Of a stretch of 64,000 nucleotides of DNA, positions 49,027-60,666 are shown piece by piece (positions within the stretch are counted from its first letter, which is position 1; each line of letters begins with the position of its first letter). This DNA comes from Entomortierella parvispora E1425 (taxonomy: Eukaryota; Fungi; Mortierellomycota). A model generated the notes under the pieces. It worked only from the letters and a program-made list of their open reading frames with translations, was not told the DNA's origin and did no database searches. A program made the translations under genes and the position numbers. The stretch is taken from positions 2,356,001 to 2,420,000 of the forward strand of contig BQFW01000007.1 of assembly GCA_020891255.1 (NCBI GenBank), given 5' to 3'.

Positions 49027-51224
49027 TTAGTTCTCAGACTCCATCTCTTGGGGATCTTGCTCAGAAAGATTGGCTGCGGCAGCAGCTACAGAGGCCAGGG
49101 CCTCGATCCCCGCAACGGCCTCCCGAGCGCGAAGACCGCTACGGATCGGAATTCTGATCCCTTGTGAAAAGAGTAACCTCGACAACGGTGTGGAATCTGA
49201 TGATAAGAGAGAGTGAATACCTCGTGTTAATATGACCATGTGGATGACCAGACAATAAACATCACCAGGGTGGATCGGAACAAGGCGAAGGAAAAAAAAA
49301 AAAAATCGAGAATAGGTGCAAGGAGAGATCAGTAGATGGGGGAGAGCGAGATGGTGAAGACCTAGAGCGGGGGGTGAAGAACAAAGTTGAACTTACTCGT
49401 CATGCCAGGGAAGGTTCTCGCGGTGAAGATCTCAAAAGGATCAGTAAAAATCTCCGCCAATTTGAACGTTGCAAAGGTCGGCGGACTAAAAAAAAAAAAA
49501 AAAAAAAAACCACCAAAACGCGTTCAGTAAAGGAAAGGCGGTCGATGCGATTAATTTTTTTTTTTTGGTGGCGCACAACATCGTCAATAACAGAAAGAAA
49601 CGAGCAACAATAAAGAAAAGGAAAGGGGAGGATTGAGGATCGAGTGCCTTTGTCTCACTCTCAGTCTCGGCTCTCTCTCCTTCATCCACTCAAACACTTT
49701 GCCGATCTCATATGGGATCTTGTTCGCACGTTGTGTGTCAAGTTGACAAATAAAACAAGAGAAAAAATAAAAATAAAGGCAATAACACTCACAGGGGCAG
49801 TCTCAGAACTGATATCTTGAGGCGGAACTGACCACAGGCACGCACACTTAGATCATGGAACGCAAACACAACGCCGAGAGTGCCTTGGTTATCCACCTTG
49901 AGAATATTGGCCTGTGAGTGTACAGTTCCCACTAGGTTGCGTTGGCCCATGGATGGCTCTGCAGTCGTCCCGCTCGAAAAGGTGAATTGACCAGCATTCC
50001 TCGGTGCAGATTCATCCCACTGAACCCCGTCATCCTCCTCGTCCTCCTCGTCCTCATCATCGTCATCGTCTCCGTCCCCGTCCTCTTCCTCTTCATCCTT
50101 GTCTTCGTTGTTAATTGAATCGTCATCTCGAATGGGTACAACGGACGACGAGGAGGCAGGGGCTGTATCGTAACGATTTGATCGGGCCATTGCTGGAATG
50201 CTTGGAGCGGAGACAGACGAAGACGAGGAGGAAAGGGGAAAGGGAGGAGGCGGAGGTTGGAGAGCAAAAGTCACGAACGACCCACCTCCTGTGGGGGCTT
50301 TCGAGATCTTTTCCCGTTTTCTTCTGCTTTTGGCCTTTTTTTGCCCAGATCGGGCCTGTCCCCCTTCTAAAGTCCGTTCAGATCCGGCTTCAGTTGCAGA
50401 GGGATTCGTATCCGTGGTTGCAGCGGTTGCAATGGTGGGTGCACCGGTGACAGGATCGCACGAGGAAGAAGAAAACATGACATTCGGCGGGAAGGCTAGA
50501 GTCAGAGCTCGTTCACAATCGACCGAGTAGATCTCCGCCATGGCCACGATCGTGCCTTCATCAAAAGGCGTTGTCCTTTCGAACCCAAAAAATCGCGTAA
50601 TTGAGTGAACATGGCGAAGGAAGAAAAAGAAGTTAGTATAGAAAAGAACAGGCCCAGAAAGATTACTTGGAAAAAAAAAATGGGGTGAGGATAGGCAAAA
50701 AGAGGTCCAAAGCAAGATCTTGCATGAAAGTTCAACAAAAAAAAGTGGGTTGTTGGGGGGTAAGGCAAAGAAAGGAGTAGAAACGTTGAGCGTCTGAGTG
50801 GCTGTGGGGGTCTTACCTCAGATTAACCGCAATGCCGTCTTGCTCCGTGACATGAAGCTGCAGGATCACCGGGGGGTCAATTGGTCGTCGGTCCTGCACA
50901 GGTCCAAAGAAAGTCAAAAGATACAAACAATAGCACTCTCGGTTAAACTGCAGGATCTGTAACCACAGCAGTCGCTTGAACAAAAGACAGAATAGAAAGA
51001 AAGAAATCAGGGAAACAAGGGAATCTCAACTGCAGAGGACAACTCTGGAAAACTCATCGAAGTCGTCTAACGGGAGGTGACCCGAGAGAGAAGACGAGAA
51101 AAACGGCGAGAAACACCGAAAAGCTCAGGGTTCCTGTCGACCATCTAAATTTACCTTGGATCCGAATCCGAGCATTCGTGCACGAATGGGCTGTTGGAGA
51201 ACCTGGAGACGGTAGGTCAGACGT
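49027..51224 (-). CDS. Velvet-domain protein; exons ~51224-51155, 50893-50817, 50575-49792, 49485-49397, 49196-49027; extreme 5' end unresolved
   Basis: The spliced product reads LTYRLQVLQQPIRARMLGFGSK|DRRPIDPPVILQL...RNLVG...FAFHDLSVRACGQFRLKISVL...EIFTDPFEIFTARTFPGMT|NSTPLSRLLFSQGIRIPIR, covering both halves of the velvet domain. All four junctions are GT-AG and phase-compatible. Confidence 0.9.
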
Positions 51225-52480
51225 CTACTTGGAAGTACATGTGTGTTATTTTTTATGGAGTTGATTTTGAGTTTTTGTTTTATGTTTCGAACGAGGAGTC
51301 AAAGCAGAGACATTTCAACACGGATCAGGAACGTATATGGCACAGATGTTAGAAAGACTGGTTTGAAATGGTAGGATTGAGACGGAGAGGGGAGGAGGGA
51401 GCGACATCTTATGTAACGTTTCTGTCGCTATTTTTTTTTTTTTTTTTGTTTCTTTTTTGATTTGGTTTGGTCCCTGCTTTGTGTTGCTTGATCTGTGTTC
51501 GGATTGGAAAATGATACTGTCGCCGTTGGCTCGAGAGTTTTACCTATCGTCATTGTTGGCCATGGGATGGGTGGAAATGGTGGTGGTGTCAATGGGGAGA
51601 AAAAAAAGTCGGGGTTTCTGTGCTGTGCTGTGTTGGTGCAGGAATGGGTGAGCAAAATGGACGTCAAAGAAAGACACTCCTAAAATGGGGTTTCAAAAAA
51701 TATGAAGTGTGTTTGAGAGAGTTAGAGACAGAGAAGCGTGCAAGATGTATGCAGGGAAGAAGGTGAGGTTCAAATGGGAGTACAAAGATCTAGAGGTTCC
51801 TGGGAATCAGCAACTGCGCGCGAGCAAGAATTGAAAGAGTGGGCTACGAGAGGAAGGCGAAGGAGCTGAGAGTTGATAGAAAAAAATAGAGTGGATCGAG
51901 AAGAAGAGAAGGGCGAAAGGAGGGGAGAGAGGGACGCACCGATTATATATTTCAAATAAAAAAAGTTCAGGACGTCCAACCAGTCTGTCCCGCTGGACGA
52001 GTCAATGACAAGGAAATCCGTGCTCCTATTTTTTATTCGTCTCTGTGTGTTGTGTACGTCCCTTCTTTTTTTTTCCGCGCTTTTGTCAGACAATCGTCTC
52101 ACCTCAGTCTTCAAGTCGTCCACCGCCTTCCCGCCCCTTTGCCCAAACGATACGAAACAAAACCGTTTGTTATTTTTTTCACGAGAGGACGTTCGTCGTG
52201 TCTCGCGATTCGCTTCCGCCCTGTCCCGGTGCCTGGGTGGAATGCTCCTATCGTTGGTCGATCTTTGCTGTAATCCTCTCCAGTCGGGGAAAGAACAACC
52301 TAAAAAACTGCTACAAAACACAAACAGCGATTGGAATGATGCCACGGGCACCCTAGATCGCCAATGTCTTTCCTGATAAGGAAGAGAATTTGCAACCGTT
52401 CAAAACCTTTATTTTATTATTATTATTCTTTGACGACTGCCAACGGTTCTCGGTTCCTCGGTTTCTCGCACCAATCGTAA

Positions 52481-55086
52481 TTACAACTCATCCGAGTCTT
52501 GACCTCCTCGTCGCCGTCTCCGGGCTTCCTCCTCATGATGATCTGTGTGCTGAGAGTCGATCATTGACGTCGGTCCGCTATTGCTGGCCGCTGCCTCTGT
52601 CCGAAACAACTCCTGGATCGCCTCCAGGTTCAATCCAGCGGTCTCTGGGACCATAAAGTAAACAAAGAGCCAAGCAATCACCAGGATGCCAGCGTACAAC
52701 CAAAAAGTGCCAGTGGGTGTGATGCGTTGCGTCAATGTCAAAAATGTGAGCGAGATAATCAAATTACCCGCGAAGTTGCAGGCTAGTTTACCGACAAACA
52801 AAACGTTCAATTAGATAGAGTTAGTCTCCAATTACGTAGAGTCATGTACCGATGTCATCGCGGACTTTAATCCTCCAAACTCTTTACCTGTAGCCATTCC
52901 TGTGGCTTTCCCACGAATATCGAGAGGGAAAAGTTCACTCTGGATCAGCCAAGGAGCATTACCAAGACCAAGGCCATAGGAGGCGACATAAAACACCAAG
53001 CTGGCGAGGGCAACCCAACTTCCTGCCTTGATGCCATTCGTGCGATTCGGACATACGCCCGTGTAGGTGGGTCTCGTGCCAGTACCATCCCATGGCATTT
53101 CCTGACAGATGTTGGACTCATCCGCAAAATAGCACCGATCATCTGTAAGGCAGGCTGCACAGTTGTCGCCATATTGTACACATTCGTCCTGGTGTACTGT
53201 AAAGCCAACGATCTTGATAAACGCGACACCAAGGACAATGAGCCCGGCAATCATTCCAATCATCGTGACTAATAGGATCTTTCTACGGCCAACTTTGTCA
53301 ATAATTTTGATAGCCACGACTATTTACAAGAAGAGAAAAGCGTCAATTCCTACCCATTCACCCTATTCATGATTAAGGTTGCGAGAATGACACGTACTGG
53401 TCATAAGCATATTGGTTCCTGCAATCAGCAAGGAGAACAGGGTGGCGCTCTTTGCGTTGGGGAATCCAGCCATCTTGAGAATAGTCGCAGAGTAATACAT
53501 GGCAGTGTTAAATCCAGAAAGCTGTTGCCAGGCCTGCATGAAGCAGGCAATGATCAATGGTCGTCGAAGATCCTTTCTCAAAAGGTCCTTATACCGGGTC
53601 TTGTGACTCAATTCAAGACTCTCCCGAATGGCGTCGACTTCTTTAGTAATATATCCGTCATTGGCGTCGGAGATACCCATGCATCGTCTCAAGACTGCCT
53701 CTGCTCCTGCAATGTCTCCCTTCTTGACTAGATAACGAGGCGACTCTGGCAAGAAAGGGAGTGTTACAAGTTGCAGAAGAGCGGGTAACGCTGAAATAGC
53801 CATCATCCATCGCCAGCCATTTGCGACATCGGTCAATGCAGAGGATACTAGGTACGCGACCAATTGACCTCCTGTGATCAATAAGACGTTCATGGTGACT
53901 AGACGTCCGCGGTAAGCACTGACGACACAAAAAAGAGCGTGTTAGATTAGGAGTCAGTCAGGAGTCTGACCAGGAGCAAAAAGAGCTTTAGGGTGGCATT
54001 GAGCTAAATAGCAATCAATACCTGGGAGCCAGTTCTCCAATATAAAGAGGTACGACAAGGGCAGCGAGACCTAAAAATGATATAGCAAGAAGTATCTGGA
54101 TGAGGAGGTATTCAAGCCAAGCGGTAGCCTCATACAGCAGGGTCGAGAAAGGAGCATGTCATCTTACCAACACCGACACCAACGACAACGCGCCCGAAGA
54201 GGAGCAGCCAGTAATGATGAGCAAAGGTCATCAAAGCCGCCCCAACGACAAAGATCACAGAAGATAGAAGGGTGACTGGTTTTCTGCCAACACGATCCGA
54301 AAGTCCACCGGCCAAGAGTCCACCGATGATGGCGCCCAGGGTCGTTCCTACAGTCAGGATCAAGAGAAAATGCGGTCAGCATTGGACAATGAAAGGGAAA
54401 TCTAAAGCAGGACAAAGTTAAATTGTGATGGGGTGGTCATGTTTGCAGCTGTGCTCAGTCGTGATAGTGCGAAAAGGCTGATCGCGACGTCCACACAAGG
54501 TTGAAGCGTTGTATACCCCGCCCCCGACCGTCCAAGGCGAAAGGGCCGACGGGGATGAATAATGGTCCCATTCTTCCAAGACTTGTGAGCCCTCCTCACA
54601 TGTATCCGATCCTGGATACACCCGCCTCCGTTCCCAGGGTAATTGACGAAAGAGTAAAAAGAACTCACCACCAACAACAAACTCTTGCTGCTGACTCGTC
54701 AGACCAAACTCCTCCTTGATTGGCAGTAGTGCTCCAGCAATCACTCCGGTATCATAGCCAAAGAGGAAGCCTCCAATGGCCAAGCAAGTGATCAAAAGAT
54801 ACAAAAACCGAGAAGGAGAACTGTCCTCTGCTGACCCTCCTGTAGATGCGTCTCCGAGGTAAGGGTCGTTCAAGTCCTTGCCACCACTAGCACCATGTTG
54901 TCCAAGTCTCTCGTGGATTCCTGTGCTGGATCCAGTGTCGTTTTTACTGCCGCTAGACTTTTCACGGGCGTGAAGACTGCTGATGCTGTTTCTACTGCTG
55001 CCATGGCGACTGGAGTATGGCGGCGTTGCTTCAGAGTTAGGACTACCACTCTGGATAGACATTTCGTGTTGATTGCTGCCAGACAT
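52481..55086 (-). CDS. MFS sugar porter, myo-inositol transporter (ITR/HMIT/INT)-like; exons 55086-54669, 54347-54168, 54070-54022, 53918-53398, 53319-52888, 52782-52481
   Basis: GGFLFGYDTGVI, LSDRVGRK, LYIGELAPSAYRG, PESPRYL, QQLSGFNTAMYY, IDKVGRR, PWLIQSELFP and VPETAG sugar-porter motifs. Confidence 0.93.
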
Positions 55087-55912
55087 TTGGCGAGGGTATT
55101 TGTTGCTCGGCCTTATTTGGTGGTTCTTTGACTGTGCAGTAACAGGGAAAGGGAAAACAGGCCGAAGCACAGAGGTATGGAGAGGATCAAAAGTGGTGAG
55201 GAGAAGACAGCGGACAGGAAGAGTCAAGAGCGAAGGAAGGATGGAAAAAAAAAAGAATGTATGACACGTGACTCAGTTGGTGGCTTTGTTATGTTTGAAG
55301 GATCTTGCACGGACTCAGATGTGGTGCCCTGCTGCTGCCAGACTCCACAAGGGCCTGGATCAAACGCTGTCGCCTTTTCCGGTTGTTCACATCCTCAGAG
55401 GGATCGACTAGCTGGCCGTTCAGCGAGCGCGTCGTTTCAGGTCTGGTCACTTCCACTCCTCAAGAGCCCGGAAACACGGGCTGGATGATCCTGGTACTAG
55501 AGCAGGCAGTGCCAGGATCAAGTTGCCTCAACAGAGGCAGTAGAGGGTCGCACGCAGGTAGTGTCAATCCCCCGGCGATGAGTCGCGCTTCCATTGCCGA
55601 GCGAGAAGAGAAAGGAATGAAAAGGGGAAAGATAGGTGGTTGTTTGCTCGCACAAACAGCACGCCGACTTGTGCGCACACGAACACGGACGGGCGCACTC
55701 ACGCCATTTTATCATGCCAAAGGGTAAAAAATCTCCTCTCTCTCTCTCTCTCTGTCGCTCTCTTTCTCTCGCTCTCACTCTCCTCGTTTACCTCCTCTTC
55801 TCCATCTGTCCATCTTTTTATCCATCGCCATCTTCTTTCTTCTTTCCTCTCTCCTTTCATCCATCACTCATAAACTTTCGCCTACTCACCTACTGACCCC
55901 ACTTTCTCCACC

Positions 55913-58173
55913 ATGGGCGGCGCCAACTCAAAAGAAACAAAGGACCTTGTCCGAAGAACTCACTGTACGCTCTCCATTCCCACCTTCGCCATCTTCGCCA
56001 TCTTTGACAATGGCCATTGGCTTTCTTCTTACCTCTGCATGAGCTGCATTCCTCATTCTAACAGTCTGTCATCTGTATTCTCCTCGTCTCCACTTTCGTT
56101 CTACTCTCCTCCGACTGAATTGTCAATGTACTTCATGTCCCGCCTGACGCTCAGTCTCGAAGCGCGAGATTCATACTCTCCGACGCGAATTCGAAAAGAC
56201 ATCAAATGCCTCTAGGACCAATGTGCTGACGGAGGCACAGTTTAAAGAGGCAAGTGTTCCGTCTTTGTTCTCTCTCTCTTTATTTTTTTTATTCTTCTTT
56301 CTGGGCCTGTGGGCTGATATTGCTCGAGCCGAAACACGAAGATCCGCTTCTTCGAGGTCTCGATTCTCGTGTCGACAAGGATGGGGCGCCTTGCGAAAGC
56401 ACCTCTAAAAAGCTGCCAAGAGCCACAAGAAGGATGGAAGCCTCACCCACAACAAATACTGCAAATGAACCGGCGCTTCTAACGCAAGAGCACTTCGTCA
56501 TGCTCTTGTTGGATTCAACTCCGAGGGAATTAAGCAGATGGATGGTCAAGGAAGACGAGCTGCTTACTTAAGTACGCAGCACGTTTGGATGTTTGGATGT
56601 GCATCTCGTCAGTGATTCTCGTCTTTATCTTTAGCAGGAGTCATTTATTATGGACCCTCCCGGCCCATTTCTTACCTGTGCCCTGGCTCTTGTTCATTTT
56701 TCTCTTTTTTTTCATTGTGATATTATTGCGAGCGGCTCTTGCTGACGCGTTGAAGATTGACTTGTGTCTCTCGTACTATTCTTCTAATGCGGTCATATGC
56801 TCTTGTCTTAGATCTGTCGCCGCATCCTGCACTCTTCGCCCTTGGACGACGTGTTCCTGACTCGCCTCTTTTCTGCGTTTGACACCAACCCAAATTCAAA
56901 AGGAGTCAACTTTAAAGAGTTTATCGAAGGACTGAGCGTCTTCATGAAGGGCACCCCAGATGAAAAACTCGAACGTAAGCACAAATCGAATGCCCTCGGT
57001 CCGCCATTGGGGCACGGGCACTGGATAGGACAGACTAAATGACAAGGGTCAGTTGGAGGAATGAGGCTGTTGGTGATTCTGTGTCCTGACTCGTCCATTT
57101 CCTTTTTGCACCTTCTAGTCTCCTTCAAACTGTACGACGTTGACCACGCTGGATATATCACCCGACCTGGCCTGGAAAAGGCCATGACTCAATTGGTACC
57201 GTAAATTGCACGCAGTCCACATATTTTGACACATTTTGTTTACTGTCTGTGTCTGTGCTCTCTATCTTTGATCTCTGCATTCGACTGACAGACCACTATC
57301 GCGTGTTGTGTTTTTACTTTTTAGCATTCTGTCGTCGCAGGATCGACCCAGGATGAGACGCATCAGATCCAGGAACTTGTCAAGCGAATCTTTGATGACC
57401 TGGATGTGAACAACGATGGAAAATTATCGCTTGAGGAATACAAGCTCAACTCGATGAAGGAGCCTATGATCATTGACTTTTTGAGCCAGTTTCTGGCGGA
57501 TCAGACGGATTCTGGAGCCAACTCAATCTGCTCTGCTCTTTCGGTCCCACCCTCGCCCCGCTCTGGATCGTCGCCACCTTCCCCTCGCTTCAGTCATTTT
57601 GCCCCCCCTTCGCCCCGATTGAGAGACTCACTTTATGGAACTGCCTCTGGACATGTCCTTCAGACCTCATCACCTGCGGGAAGCTTCCGCCTAAGCAATT
57701 CCCATAGCTTGCTGTGGCTCAATGGTGGTATCAATGGCAGTGGCGATCTGTTGGGAAAAGTCAACGAATTTGAAGGGTTGGTGGCGGCTGAGGAGGAGCA
57801 AAAGAAGGAGAGGATAGCAGCTGAGAAAGAAACCCTGTCCAAAGCGACAGCCGCAGCCACAGTTGCAGCTCTCAAGGACGAGACATCCCCCGAAACTGGC
57901 TCCAACGGCGTGAGCTCACCTGTGGACATTGTGGTGGTGCCTTCAGAAGATAGCACGGAGAAGACATTGACCAACGGTCATTCGGCAGAAGCAGTGACCA
58001 GCACAGCCGCAACAGCGGCGTCTGACGAGATCAGAGAAAAAGAAGAAAAGAACGCCGCCATTGAAGCTGTCTCCAAGTCGTCGCTGGCCAAGGCAGAAGA
58101 GAACGGTGCACTGGAGGTGACAGCAGAGCCCGTTGAGGAGACCACGGCCAAGCTGGAGATTCAGCAAAGCTAA
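55913..58173 (+). CDS. N-myristoylated EF-hand calcium sensor (frequenin/NCS-1/CBL-like) with C-terminal extension; exons 55913-55964, 56155-56249, 56812-56974, 57119-57195, 57325-58173
   Basis: MGGANS myristoylation consensus, THFSKREI, LFSAFD...VNFKEFIEGLSVFMKGTPDEKLELSFKLYDVD, and DVNNDGKLSLEEY. The model requires a GC donor at 56250. Confidence 0.88.
56250..56811 (+). other. Putative GC-AG intron (AG|GCAAGT) in the NCS-1-like gene
   Basis: A phase-0 join FKE|ICRR restores the frame. The nearby GT at 56254 is the wrong phase. Confidence 0.75.
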
Positions 58174-58484
58174 GCAAAAGCTGCTTATTCTTCCTTTTCC
58201 TTCCGCCTTATATTCTCACTACCCCCTGCTTCGTTCTCATATACCAGTACCGCTCTTCTTTGATGTAATTCTTGACGTGTCCACCACGTCCGAGGCCTTG
58301 ACTAACTCGATAATAAAATGAAAAAAAAGAAAACGCAAAAAAAATGAGTGACTGCGAATCGAATGTCTTTCTCCCTGGCAACGCGGGGACAAGGTGGGAG
58401 GGATTTTCCATTTCCTTCTCTCCCTCTCACTCTCTCATTCTTCCTTCACCTTTCCCACCTACCTCCGAACGACATCTAGTAACA

Positions 58485-58706
58485 ATGGGCAACTACATCT
58501 CGTACTCGCGCAACGACATCATCTTTTCTGGAATCCTCATTGCCCTCTGGATCGTCATCCGACCCTTCTTTGTGCGCATGGGTGAGAAGGCTCAGGCCCA
58601 GGCCGCTTCCAGACTCGAAGCCGAGGCAGCTCAGAACGACAGCTCTTCAGCAAGAGTTTCATCACCAGGAGCTGCCGGAGGCAGTAGACGGAAAAAGTTG
58701 GATTAA
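58485..58706 (+). CDS. Small single-pass membrane protein (73 aa), possibly Pga2-like
   Basis: ACAATGG start after a CT-rich leader. One TM helix (IIFSGILIALWIVIRPFF) is followed by RMGEK and a basic tail. The resemblance to the Pga2 ...LLIRPY..KLG pattern is from memory only. Confidence 0.65.
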   Translation: MGNYISYSRNDIIFSGILIALWIVIRPFFVRMGEKAQAQAASRLEAEAAQNDSSSARVSSPGAAGGSRRKKLD

Positions 58707-59234
58707 GCCACGACCCATCCCTCTACTCGTCTCTTGGCTCAGCAATGGTACAGGGCCTAGGACTCAAGAACAAGGTTTCTACCGTGATCTGAAAATACCG
58801 TCCAGAGCGAAGAGTATCTACCCGGACTGTCGTTGCCAAGACCCAGAGATGATGGAGACCAGCGACCATGTTGCCAAGGCAACAGGACAGCTTCAACACA
58901 AACCCCTTCAATATCTTGTCCCAATAAATCGTAATATCACCCACTTGTGTGAAGTTCTTCCGGGCGTGCCCAATGTTGTGGGCATTTCGACTCTGCAGTC
59001 GCACGAAGGTGAACAGAGAGGAAAGGCTGCTGGCACGAAAGAACGAACGATGGCGCGGCGCACTCATTCAAACCGAGCCTTTGTGACTGGGCGTACATGT
59101 GTTTTGGCATGCCACATCATGAGCACCGCTCAGACAGAGCTAAAAAAACCAAAAAAGAGCAAAAAGTCATCACCCCACTGCCCCCATTTCCCATCTCTTT
59201 CATCTAACCATCCTCTTCTCCTCCTCTCATCACA

Positions 59235-60431
59235 ATGTCTCTCTCTCACGCCCAAGAAATCGAATTCAAGGAGGCCTTTGCGCTCTTTGACCCCACCAAC
59301 TCTGGTGTTATCCAGCCCCAGGCCTTTGCCGATTTTGTCGCTGCAAGTGCACTTCCTGCTTCCTGTCGTTTCTTTTCTTTCACAGTCTTTTCTTTGTTGA
59401 GAGTAACAGGCACGCTATCCCCTCTCTTTGTCATCTGCCTACCTGACTCTCTGTATCTCCAGCTTCCCTTCCTCCTCTGCCCTCAGTGGTTCCTAAGTTC
59501 CATTTTCGAACAGACAGTGACTTGTGGCCTCTTCTTTCTTTTTTTGGGTTACCTGGGATTGGATTTGCACTTTTCTCACTTTTACCTTTACCGGGGACGG
59601 AGCATCAGAACAATTCCTCCTCCGACAAAAAAAAAAAAAAAAAAAAAAAGAAAGAGGGAAGCTTGGATGGAGCCTCAGATGGTCTCCTTCGAACCCACGT
59701 TTCTCGTCAAAGATTCGACTTATCCTTCGTTCAAGGGTTGCGTGATTCTCGGAATTCTTTGTCTTTCAAAAGGGCGCTTTTTTATATATATCCATTTGTT
59801 TGGTTAGATCCATGGGGTGAGGGCGTTGAGGAGATTGCGCAAATCCAGAGTTGGTCGCGTCAATATTTTACCATCTTCTCTTTATGGGATACCCGGAAGT
59901 GGAGCTGCGCTTTGACATTGAGAACCCAAGCCATGATCAAATTTTCTTATCTTTTTTTTTCATTCGGGTGGAATACGAATAGAAGCTCAACGACCCCGAG
60001 TTGGCCAAGAACATCAAGCTTCCTACCCAACCTTTGGACTTCAAGGCCTTCTCGGCCTTGTTGGCCAAAAACCACAAGGGTTCCGAGACCTCGGATGAAG
60101 CATATGGTGCCCTCTTCCGCTCCATCAACAAGGATGGATCTGGCAACATCTCCTCGGCCGAGCTCCGTGCTGCCCTCTTGCACTTTGGCAACAGCTCTCT
60201 TTCTGAGGTAAGAAAGGTGGAGCACCCCCCCCCCTTTACCTGATACGTATTATGGCTGTTCACTGTTTTTGATACTTTGATACTGACGATTTGTTTTCTT
60301 TTTTTTAGGCTGATGTTGACGAGATTATTACCGAGGCCGATGTTTCTGGCGATGGTCGTATCACCCTCGAGGAGTTCTTGAAGATCATGCAGAAGTCCGA
60401 GAAGAAGCTCCGTGGCGAGCATGTCCTGTAA
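59235..60431 (+). CDS. Calmodulin-like / myosin light chain-like EF-hand protein (~151 aa); exons 59235-59342, 59983-60207, 60309-60431
   Basis: EFKEAFALFD, NKDGSGNISSAELRAAL and DVDEIITEADVSGDGRITLEEF. An in-frame TAG sits immediately before 59983, so a phase-0 donor is needed; the best candidate is GCAAGT at 59343. Confidence 0.88.
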
Positions 60432-60666
60432 ATTTGTGATATCCCCCCCCTCCTTTCCTAAATGTTGATTAAAACGCAACACTTGTTGAAAAAACGTAAA
60501 GGGATCCAAAAGCTCGATATCCAGTCCGAGACTCTTGACAAGTCTCCAGTGCAAGCCTGACGGGTTTTCTTGCAACCACAATCTTCAATCGCAGATATGT
60601 TACAAGTGTATTATATATCACTCGGCGAAAGGGAAATATGAGGACAGGTAGAAAGGGAGCAGCTCT

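Noticed and set aside
52481-52495. C-terminal SDEL of the MFS transporter as an ER-retention signal
   Set aside because: The C-terminus of a 12-TM MFS protein is cytosolic, whereas KDEL/HDEL works in the lumen.
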